Of a DNA stretch of 64,000 nucleotides, positions 47,147 through 57,190 are shown in pieces; the stretch's first letter is position 1; each line of letters opens with the position of its first letter. The position numbers were made by a program, and so were the translations under genes. The DNA lies in NCBI GenBank assembly GCA_009103225.1, contig RHPI01002990.1, forward strand, positions 109,034-173,033, read 5' to 3'. Source of the stretch: Chlorokybus atmophyticus (lineage: Eukaryota; Plantae; Mesostigma and Chlorokybus algae). Below the pieces are notes generated by a model. The model did no database searches. It had not been told where the DNA came from and saw only the letters and a list, made by a program, of their open reading frames with translations.

Positions 47147-48320
47147 GCAGACTGAGACCAAGTGGCCTGTCTTGTGACAGTAGTCGCAGATCTGAATTGA
47201 GTACTCTTCACTGCACTCCTTTTTATAGTGCCCATGCCGTCCTCAGTGATGACACAGCACAGGGGCAGGCAAAGCAGTATGCGCTGACAATTTCTCTTTA
47301 TCGCGTGCTGGTGGAGTGTCCCGGCCGCGTGCGCGGCGAGGTGGCTGGACAATTGTGCTGGCTACAGGCCGTGAGGCGCTGCGGTTGGTGTCTAGCACTG
47401 CCTTCTCATACACCAAGCGCTTATGGATGGCTTGTGCGGTCTTAAAAGCTTCCTTGAGCGTGTAGCCAAGGGGTTTGCTGTAGTTCAGGGTCAGGCGCGT
47501 CGACTCGCTTAGAGTAGCATCAAACTCATTGACATATATAACTGCAGCAGCCTCGTCACTGACAATCTTGTAGTCAGTGTCCTTCAACAGACTTTCCAGT
47601 CTGGAGTACAGGCGTAGGGGGTTCCATTGGGCTTGCGCCGGAACCGCCTCAACACCTCCACTTTGCTAATGGGCTGCGGTGGGAAGGTGCAACGAAGTGC
47701 AGCGTACAGATCTTTGAGTGGAGAGTCAGAGATGGCAGCACCTACAGTGATGGCTGGTGCGCGCAGTGCAATTGACCCGAGGGTAAAAGCACTGCCTCTC
47801 GCACGAGAGCCAGGTGTTGCCATAGGTAGGGGCGTGCCCACCTCAACGGATGCAGTTCGTTGTTCTTCAAGGATGGCAGCAGAATGGTCCAGGATCCGCA
47901 CCCGTCGCGCGGCCGTCTTGATCTCAATCTCTGCAGGGGTCAGGTAAACGATCACCAACTCCGGTTCCTCCTCCTCTGCTCTGTCAATGGCTGCCGCTAT
48001 TGACAACCCGATAACTGCAGCGGGAGTGGCAGGTGGAAAGACGATCGCTGGACTGTGCAGTGATGCAGGTGCTATGGTACTGGCGAGCTCGCCATACCCA
48101 TCAACTCGATGCAGTTCAGCAACACACTTCCAGACATCATGGGCTTCATGGTCCAGATACTGAGCAGCAATGTGAAAAGAGATGTCATCTGACCAGTCTT
48201 TGTTCTTCGGAGCCTGCCGTCGCATCTCGGAGTGGAACTTAATGATGAAGTCGTCCAGAGAGGTAGTGCCAGCACGTCCGGAGAAGCTCAGGGACGTGGT
48301 TGAGCTGGAAGACTCCATCT
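47147..48320 (-). pseudogene. gag: gag of the DNMT-Ty3 element with CCHC knuckle
   Basis: FSGRAGTTSLDDFI...YLDHEAHDVW; knuckle CDYCHKTGHLVSVC at 47188-47147. Confidence 0.75.
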
Positions 48321-48370
48321 CGCAGTCGTCACTATCAAACGAGAGTGGGGAAGCTCTATGCCGAGGAGTG

Positions 48371-48795
48371 TGTTGAAGGACTAGTATGCACATGTAGTTG
48401 AGGCAAGCATAGACACACAGAGACAGAGCTACCGCCACCAAAGCATACACAAGTCACATCACATTTATCTATTACAAGTTGTCCGCTGGTTCTTATACCA
48501 GCCAGTTACACACACGTCTACGTTTGCAAGTACTGCGTAAGCTATAATCAGCCTTTTAACGCGCTCTAAGTTGCGTTGTCTTTCTTACAACAAGAGCTTT
48601 CCAACAAGCTCTTACACGCCTAATATGAGTAAGTATACGCGGAGATACGAAGCAGTTAGTAAGGCTCCAGTCTGGAGTCCGGAGTCTGGTCCGACGACAC
48701 CATCTTGCTAAGTCCGGACCTAGTGCTCGTCCTTACGACCTTCTACTCCTGTGTGGAGGGTCGATGCTGATCGTATGTAGGAATGACTCTCAACA
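48371..48795 (-). repeat. Copia 3' LTR (425 bp)
   Basis: TGTTGA...TCAACA terminal inverted repeats; partner LTR absent from the window. Confidence 0.8.
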
Positions 48796-51755
48796 CTCCC
48801 ACGCGAGCAGCTTGACCTCCAACGCTTGCTCCTGTAGTCAAACATAGATGCCAAGTCCTGCGCAACAAGTCTTGAACTTGAGCGGTGACAATGGCTTTGT
48901 CATGAAGTCCGCCAGCATGCCCTCAGTGTTGCAGTACTCGAACTCCACCTCCTTCCTTGTGACTCTAGCACGCACAAAGTGATGCATGACATCAATGTGC
49001 TTCGTCCTTGCCGAGGCGATAGGGTGCTTCAACAACTTGATGGCTCCTTGGTTGTCACAGTTGATGACGATGCACGCCATGGGGTGCTCCCAGTCTGCCA
49101 TGAGCTTGCGAAGCCAGAGTGCCTCCTTCACTGCTGCTGCCGCTGCCATGTACTCAGCCACTGATGTAGATGCTGCTGTTGTTGGCTGCAGCCTGCTGTT
49201 CCAGCTCACCACGCCTCCATTCAGCTTGAAGACGTAGCCTGTAGTGGACCTCCTGCTGTTGAGGTCACCAGCAAAGTCCGAGTCGCATTAGCCCTCAAAC
49301 TTAGTGCTCCCGCTCCCAAACTTGATGCCAACTGTTGCGCTCCCAGCAACATAGCGTAGTACTCCCTTTGCTGCTCTCCAGTGCTCCATGCTCGGTGCAG
49401 ACATGTAGCGAGCAAGTACTCCCACAGCATGTGCAACATCGGGACGTGTGCACACTGCCAGATAGAGCATGCTGCCTACCAGCTCACCATATGGATCCCG
49501 AGCCTTGTCGAGTACCTCCTCATCCTTTGCGTTCATGAAGGCAGTGCCAAGTGCCAACGGTGTGGTCTTGATCTTCGCTTCAGTGAGCCCAAACTTGGTG
49601 ACGAGTCTTCTCACCATTTGCTCCTGACTGATCTTGATTGTGCGTGCAGCCCTGTCGTGCTCAATTACCATGCCAAGGAACCACTTGGCCTATCCAAGAT
49701 CACGAACTGAGAATGCTTGCTGTAGAGCAAGTTTCGTCTCCTGCAGGTGGTGCACCTGCCTAGCGGTGATGATGATATCATCAACATACACGAGCAGCCA
49801 GACCTTGTTGTCTGCATGGATGAAGAGCCCAGGGTCTGCAGAGGATGCGGTGAAGCCAAGTGCCTCCAGCTCCTTGGTGAGCTTGATGTGCCACATACGC
49901 GGTGCCTGTCGCAGCCCGTACAGTGCCTTGATCAGCTTGCAACCTGTGCCTCTCTCCCCTTCCTCATATCCAGCTGGTTGCTCGATGAAGGTCTCCTCCT
50001 CCAGCTCTCCGTAGAGGAAGGCGGTCTTCACGTCGAGGTGATGCAGCTTGAGGTCCTCAGCAGCAACCACAGCTAGCAGTGCACGGAAGGTGGTATGCTT
50101 ACTTGCAGGTGCGAACACTTTGTTTAAGTCCACACCTTCCTGCTGCAAGAAGCCCTTTGCCACCAGTCTTGCCTTGTAGCGCTCAATGTTGCCCTGACCA
50201 TCACGCTTCACCTTGAAGACCCATTTCACTGGAATGGTCTTCACTCCTTGCGATAACTGCTCCAGTGACCAAGTGTTGTTGGCATGGAGTGACGCAATCT
50301 CCTCGTCCATAGCACGCTGCCATTGCTCCGCATCCGGTGCTAACAATGCCTCCTCGTAGGTGCTTGGCTCCTCATTGTGCACACTGGCGACGTGTGCCTT
50401 GTGTAAAAAGTCAGGTGCCTTTCTCTCCTCATTGGGTATCTCCGAGCTGCGTGCTCCTGCAGCAGGTGCGGCTCCTCCTGGCCTGCTACAGCTGAGTCCT
50501 GCTCACCCTTAATGTCGATGATGGCCTTGCCTGCAACTCCCTCTTTCGTAGGAAGTTCCTCCGGCTGTGCTTCATCTTCATCTCGAGGAAAGAAGCCTGC
50601 TTCTGGTTGTAATAATCCCTTGTGGAAAACCACCTCTCTGCTCAAGATGATCTTCTGAGTGTCCTCGAGCAAGATCCTGTAAGCTTTGGAACCCGGTTCA
50701 TAGCCAACGAAGATGCCCTTCTTGCTGACCGGCTCCAGCTTGTGTCTGAGATGTTTAGGCACTAGTGCATATGCCGTGCATCCAAACACACGCATACCAC
50801 TCACATCTGGTGTGGCTCCATAGAAGTGCTCCCACGGAGTCTTCTGCTCTGAGCTCACCGGAGACCTGTTACGGATGTAGTTGGCAGTGAGTACCGCCTC
50901 CTTCCACAGACTGTCTTCCATCCTTGTGTCGTTGAGCATGGCTCGAACACGCTCCAAGAGTGTCCTGTTGAGGCGTTCAGCTGCTCCATTCTGCTGCGGG
51001 GTGTAGGGTGCCGTTGTCTCGTGGCGTATGCCCTTGCTGGCGAAAAACTCCTTCAACTCCTTGTTGATGTACTCCCCTCCTCGGTCACTCCTCATTGCCT
51101 TCATCTTGTTGCTAGACTGCGTCTCCAACAAGGCCACAACGGTGCGCCCAGCTCTAGCAACTTCTGACTTGAGCGTTATTGGGAAGATGATAAACAGCTT
51201 GCTGTAGTCGTTGAGGAATGCAGCAAAGTACCTGACCCCTCCCTTCGCCACAATGCGCATAGGGCCACAGACATCCATGTGCACAAGCTCGCAAGGATGC
51301 TGACTGCTAGAAGAGGATGATGGGAATGGCATAGCATGCTGCTTTGCAACCAGGCATGGTTCACAAAGTGCACCTGATGCATTCTTGAGTTCTTCTGTGC
51401 TGAGATGGATGCTCTTGACCATCTTCTCAGCGACAAGGCGAGTGAGGTTGACGTAGCCGAGATGCCCGAACCTTCGATGCCACAATGTTGGCGACTCCTT
51501 GTCCTTCACCACTATGGCTTGAATGTCAATGTCCTTAGGGTGCTGCTCCACGTGGTAGAGCCCTCCCGAATCAGCGATTCCAACCATGTGCACGACCCCA
51601 TCAAGGATGACTATGCAGCCACCCTTCCAAAATAGGATCTCCGCGCCTAAGCGCTCCGCACTTGGTAACACACTACGCAAGGTGTTGTTACGTAACGTCC
51701 TGCATGTTCCTAAGGCTATTGCGAGTCTATTCTCTGTGAGGGTTGCGGAGCGCTT
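48371..51755 (-). mobile_element. 5'-truncated Ty1/Copia retrotransposon (IN-RT-RH plus 3' LTR)
   Basis: WHRRFGH, ELVHMDVCGP, RSDRGGEY, PQQNGAAER, YKARLVAKG, VYVDDII, CDNQGA..TKHIDV; PPT GCGTGGGAG before the LTR. Confidence 0.96.
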
Positions 51756-51829
51756 GCACCATGTATGGCCCGGCCAAGTTGTTCGTGTCAGGACCAGGTA
51801 GCGACCGGGCAGCAGACCAGGGACCAAAT

Positions 51830-52091
51830 CATAAAATCATGAAAATTTAATCATCCCTAATTTGGCCAACGGACAATGAATCGAAACTTTTACGAATACC
51901 AATTGAGAGTAAATGCCTCAATAGTGGCCTGATCTTGTGTTTACGGTACCAAGCCCCTACGGGCCGTAGGCTACAGCGCACGAGGTCGCGGCCTTTTTGA
52001 AATGATTCATTAAAATTACAAGCATTCACAAAAATTTGAACCTACGACCTCTAGCTATGAAACGACGCCCTAACCACTAAGCCACAAGTGC
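51830..52091 (-). mobile_element. tRNA-derived SINE-like element or tRNA pseudogene
   Basis: 52091-52022 reads GCACTTG TGGCTTAGTGG (A box) ...TTCATAG... AGGTC GTAGGTTCAAAT (B box), about tRNA length with broken stems; followed by a ~190-nt body and an AT-rich tail. Confidence 0.6.
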
Positions 52092-53116
52092 ACGTACCGG
52101 TGGGCACGGCAAATTCGTTGAATCATATAGTTTGCAACATACCGACAGCCGCTTTGCGATTGTTAATCGATATGCCCATGCATAAGCCGAGCTCATGCAG
52201 TGCATGCTGTAAACATGCATAGGCTGTACCAGTATCACTTTATGCAAATTCGAAAATGGACAGCCGCAACTTAGCGGCTGCTAGGGTTCTTGTATTACAC
52301 CATTAGTCGAGGGGCCATTCTAAATGTGCCGGCAATTTTCTTGGAAGCTCTCAATGATAGCTCGTGTGATATAACCACAAACATACATACACATATACAT
52401 ACCGGTATATATACGGCTACGGCTTGTTAAGTGCTATTACAAGTTTGTAGTCCCCTACACTATCATAGCCTTTTAGCAGCTGCTTGTCTTTGATAAAGTG
52501 CAAGTTTAACAAGATACTGTAATATATACAATGTATAGCGCATGTGAACGTTCAACACTTGCGCAAAACAGCAGTATAATAATACGCACGTCAATACTAT
52601 GTGTACAGAGTATGTCATTTTATGGTATAATAGATAACTGTACATAATGTATATGTATATGTACACATCAATGCAAGAATGTATAAAGAACATGTTAATA
52701 ACAACAGATTAGCAACGTCGTGCACATGCAATCATGGTAGTTATAATAATTGCACAGGCAGCCCCTCACAACTTAATTGACAGCCCGGCTGTCATTTAAC
52801 CGCCGACTATTTGCGGCTGTCCATCTATCGGTGAGCATCCTTCGACAGTCCGGGCGGCCTGTCAATTAGGTCAGAGTTATAGTTGTGCAACCATTCTATG
52901 CATCTTAGGTAGGTACTACTCATGGTAGCGGCAGGGTGCGGCGTACGTACTTTTAATTTGTAACACGGACCAGCACAGTCACTGGTCCTTGCCGCACCAT
53001 GCAAGGTTAGGACGGACCGGGTACGGTGCGCGACAGCAGGACCGCAGGGCCGCGGGACCGTATCTGGTCCGCATCAAAGAACCAGCGTCACTGACTGGTC
53101 CGTGCCGCACCATGTA

Positions 53117-53561
53117 CAGTCTACCCCTTTTCAGAGCATACCGTTTATCCTCCGCTATCTTATGCTCTTGGCGGGGTAATTCTCTTGATGTCCAAGAGCA
53201 TACTATGCTCTTGAATGTCAAGAGCATAAATATGATTTAAGCGCGGTTTCATCACGCCCATCACGCCACGCCCGTCGCGCCATCACGCCCGTCACGCTAA
53301 CTGTGCGTCACACCTCAACCATCACGCCCTATTCAATACGCGCGTTACGCGTTATGCCACACCCGTCACGCACTACCCCCCCGATTTTGGAGTATCGCTC
53401 ACAAAAACTTGCGAGAATTATATGAAATTGAAATATGCTCGTTGCGGTTAGTCATGTTCTCTTAGGCACCAATATATGCCTGTATTCCGTTTGATAATCT
53501 CATTTTTTATACTATTAGCGGGGTTATTCTCTTGGAGCGAAGTCTTAGCGGGGGTAGACTG
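53117..53561 (+). mobile_element. MITE with CAGTCTACCCC TIRs and TA TSD (Tc1/mariner-like)
   Basis: TA|CAGTCTACCCC...GGGGTAGACTG|TA. Confidence 0.88.
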
Positions 53562-53833
53562 TATGGTGCGGCACGAAGACATGGTGCGTGACTGCGCACC
53601 AGACTCGGGGCCGCGAACGGACCAGGAACAGTCTTGGCCCGCGGGGTTCGTCAAAGGACCATACCTGGTCCTTGAACGTGAAGCCGCGTGACACCCTTCG
53701 TGTTATGGTAGTCGTTGGGTAGGGGCTTGTACAACTATGTCTTAGCGGGAAATGCTTAACGTAACACTTTGACGTGATGGAGGAAGGTTCTTTCGGCTGT
53801 TGACCATAATTTGGCTGTTGACCATGTTTGATG

Positions 53834-54330
53834 ACGCAGTAACTATAGCGTGTAATCAATTAGCGTTAAAGGGTAAAGTGGATTAGTTAGAACAAGGGTG
53901 AGTAGTGGCGGCATGTCTTTGGGGTATGGGGCCTGCCCCGACCTCGTACCGCCAAAAACGCGGCCGTTTTAACCACTAACTGTGCCGCAATTGCACCAAA
54001 TCCCTAGCAATTCTGGGTCGCCGTTGGTAAGCGGTTGCCGCTGAGATATGTTTCAGCATATTTAACGCATCTTTGCAATGATTGGCCATTTCGCTGCCTT
54101 TTTGAGCAACTAGCTGTTGTCACCGTTGCGATCCCATTTAATCAAATTCATGCGTGACCAAATGGTGGCCTAACGATGCAAGTTTTCGTTTAGTTGAATC
54201 TTAACGTTAAGGTAATTCATGTTAGCATTATTTTGATGGTCATAACCTTAGTATTATTTACTGAATATCGCAGCACGTACCGTGGCGTGAACGTTACGTT
54301 GGTTATCAAGTTTTGAAGCACTTAACAGCA
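53834..54330 (+). repeat. ~500-bp direct repeat, diverged copy at 56243-56790
   Basis: Shared GTAACT..AGCGTGTAATCA and ATGGGGCCTGCCCCGACC; roughly 80% identity by eye. Confidence 0.85.
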
Positions 54331-54679
54331 TTTGCTAATCATATCGCACCATGTTGCACCATATTACACCATATTTATCAGTATTACAAATGTAACACAT
54401 TAAAATGAAGCTATAAGCGGCCATGTATGCAGAACTCTGCTTAATCTTACATTTATTTATTGGCATGCACTTAAAAAATTGGATGTGCTCTGGACGGCCA
54501 CGGTCGTGTTTGAGCAGATCCAACGGTGTAACGCTTGTTCTCGCCGCCTAGCCAATGAGAAGCAGGCGGGCCGCACATACTGCCGCGCAGCCCTGCAGTC
54601 GCGGGTGCCGTGTGATGGCCCTAGCGCGTGATGTGTGATGTAGGTTGAATGCCGACAGGCCGGCCGGCCCGACCAATAG

Positions 54680-54801
54680 GCGTGATGGGCGTAATGAATC
54701 TGCGCTTATAGCATATATGCTCTTAACGTTTAAGAGCATAACCCTGCCAAGAGCATACGATTTTTGAGAATAATAGTATGCTCTGACAAAAGGGCAGACT
54801 A
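54680..54801 (-). mobile_element. Truncated left end of the same MITE family
   Basis: Reverse complement matches the start of 53117; shares a TA with the next MITE. Confidence 0.65.
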
Positions 54802-54803
54802 TA

Positions 54804-55330
54804 TAGCCTACCCCCGTTACAAGACTTCGGTTTATGAGAATAACCCCGTTAAGATCATAGATTTGCAAAAGACTAATGGTTTTACAGGCAAATATCATCG
54901 CTTAGTGGAATAGTTTTGTACGCAACAAGACTACAACGGAGGGTTAATCTTTTGAGTGAGCTCAGTCTTGTTACGGGGGAATACCTCGTCAATGGCATGT
55001 TTATTTTAATATTATAAGCAAAAACATGTTAAAAGACTCATATATAGTTACGTAGACTCATATATAGTTACGTAGACTCATATGTAGACTTATATATAGT
55101 TACGTACATACTATTAGTAATCAATTTATTGTTGACTATTGCTAATTTAATTTATGCCACGTTACAATATAATAACGTGGCTTACGGTTATTTCGCAATG
55201 CCCCTGCTAACAAAATATATATTATGTAAAGAATAAAATAGTATATATTATTGTAAACGCCAAGAGAATAACCCCGTTGATGGAATGAAAGCTAAAAGAT
55301 ACACGTCATTTGTATAGCGGAGGTAGACTG
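54804..55330. mobile_element. Related MITE with internal 20-bp tandem repeat (AGACTCATATATAGTTACGT, 55034-55105)
   Basis: TA|TAGCCTACCCCCG...CGGAGGTAGACTG|TA; subterminal AATAACCCCGTT. Confidence 0.75.
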
Positions 55331-55380
55331 TACAGTTAAGGTACATAGTTGTGTCTAATTACATTGAAACACTTATCGTA

Positions 55381-55798
55381 CAGTCTACCCCTTTTAATAG
55401 CGTACTGTTTATTTTTAAAGATAGTTTGCTCCAAGCGGGGTTATGCTCTTGGCGATAAATAGCGTAATACGCTCATCACGCCCATTTCATCACGCGCATC
55501 ACGTCTATTATGCCATCACGCTCATTACGCTGATTACGTGTTGCACTGTATCCCATCACGCCTTGTCCATCACACTCATTACGCCTGATGACAAACCCGT
55601 CACGCGCTACTCCCTCAATGTTGAGAATATGCACACTTACATTTGCAAAAATGTCATGAAAAATATAATATGCTCTTCGCGGTTAGTCATATTCTCTGAA
55701 GCACTAACATTTGCCTGTAGCATCGTCGGTGATCTCAAAACGTATGCTACAAGCGGGGTTATTCTCCTGGAGCAAAGTCTTTTTGCGGGGGTGGACTG
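55381..55798 (+). mobile_element. Second copy of the CAGTCTACCCC MITE
   Basis: TA|CAGTCTACCCC...GGGGTGGACTG|TA; internal CATCACGC repeats as in 53117. Confidence 0.88.
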
Positions 55799-56964
55799 TA
55801 TAACGTACACATGACGCATATGTGCACCGTGCGAGTTGTGCTTAAAATGTATTTCTTTTATTCATTCGCATACTTTGTGCAATTGCACGACATGGGGATG
55901 TGCTTTGGAAGGTTGAGATTTGATTAACACAAATCGAATGGCCGATAGCTGATACACGTCGCATAGCCAATGAGAGGCAGGCGGGCTGCTCTGTATGCGC
56001 GGCATGGGGATGAGCTTTGGACGGTCAAGATTTATTTTGACAGATCGAACGGCCGATAGCTAATTATTGCCGCGTAGACAATGAGAGGCAGGCGGGCCGC
56101 GCATACCGCGCAGCCCGGCAGTCGCGGGTGCCGTATGTCACTGGGCCGTCGTGCGTGGTGCGCGTGTGATGTGTCTTGTGCCCTAATGCCGGCCGGCCGG
56201 CCGGCCCAATCACACGCCCAATCAGCCGCACCGCTAGTTAATGACGTAGTAACTACAGCGTGTAATCATTTAGCGTTAAATGGTAGACGGGATTAATTGG
56301 AACGAGGGTGAGTAGTGGTGGCATGTCTTTGGGTTATGGGGCCTGCCCCGACCTGGTACAGCCAAAAAAAGCGGCCAATAATCACTAACTGTGCTGCAAT
56401 TGCACCAAATTGCTAGCGAATTTGGGTCGCCGTTGGCAAGCAGTTGCTGTCGAGATAGTTTTTAGCATCTTCTATGTATCTCTGCAATGATTGGCCACTT
56501 CGCTGCTTTTTTCAGCAACAGCTGTTGTTACCGTGGCGATCCCATTTGATCAATTCGCGTGTCTTTCGCTTAATTATATGTTAACGGTAAGGTAATTCAG
56601 GTTAGCATTATTTGTGCAACGGGAAGGTACATTACACTACCACAAATCGACCATAAAAGCACCAAGTCTTTTGTGGTCAAGTGGGCCGTGACTATTTTGA
56701 TGGTTGTAAGCATGGCATTACATACTGAATATCTTTGCACGTACCGTGGCGTAAACGTTACGTTGAATACTAAGTATACTTTGTAACACTTAACTGCAGG
56801 TTGGTAGCTGTATTGCACCATATTGCACCATTTTTGACCATTCGGTTACGCTGGATATCGTCCATTACGCTCATTCAGCATAATCTCGATCCAGTACAAC
56901 GCCCTTCTTTAAAATGGAGTGCCCCCAAATACAATTACCCCCATATATTTTTTTGGGGGGGGNG

Positions 56965-57190
56965 GGGGGGACTGTGTTGGAAGGGGGGCACTGTGAACGG
57001 GTAAATACGGTTTGCATAATTTATCGCCATAAGTGTCCATGTGCACACCGTTTGTCCTCGTACTGTGTTTTATCAACTTTGGGGGGGCACTGTGTTGGGA
57101 GGGGGGCCCTGTGAACGAGTAAATACAATATGCATAATGTACCGCCATCAGTGTCCATGTGCACACCGTTTGTACTCGTATTGTGTTTTA
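56965..57190 (+). repeat. Two tandem ~118-bp units
   Basis: CTGTGTTGG..GGGGGG..CTGTGAACG at 56972 and 57090. Confidence 0.85.

Larger units (their letters stand above)
33115..48365 (-). mobile_element. Ty3/Gypsy retrotransposon: gag - long unknown region - protease - C5 DNA methyltransferase - RT - RNase H - integrase - PHD; interrupted by two hATs; 5' LTR not in window
   Basis: Domains are colinear on the minus strand once the hATs are removed; pol stop at 33399; PPT CTCAGGGGGGG at 33364-33354; LTR module from 33353. Confidence 0.9.

Noticed and set aside
48495-48510. PBS-like TGGTATAAGAACC on the minus strand
   Set aside because: Lies inside the Copia LTR, not next to an LTR end, and matches iMet poorly.
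52022-52091. Functional tRNA-Met gene
   Set aside because: Anticodon and T stems cannot pair and the arm is 2 nt short.
52959-53693. Solo LTR (TGTAACACGG...CCGCGTGACA)
   Set aside because: No TSD (TAATT vs CCCTT) and no associated internal sequence; left unassigned.
55034-55105. CRISPR-like array
   Set aside because: Contiguous 20-bp tandem units without spacers; eukaryotic context, no cas genes.
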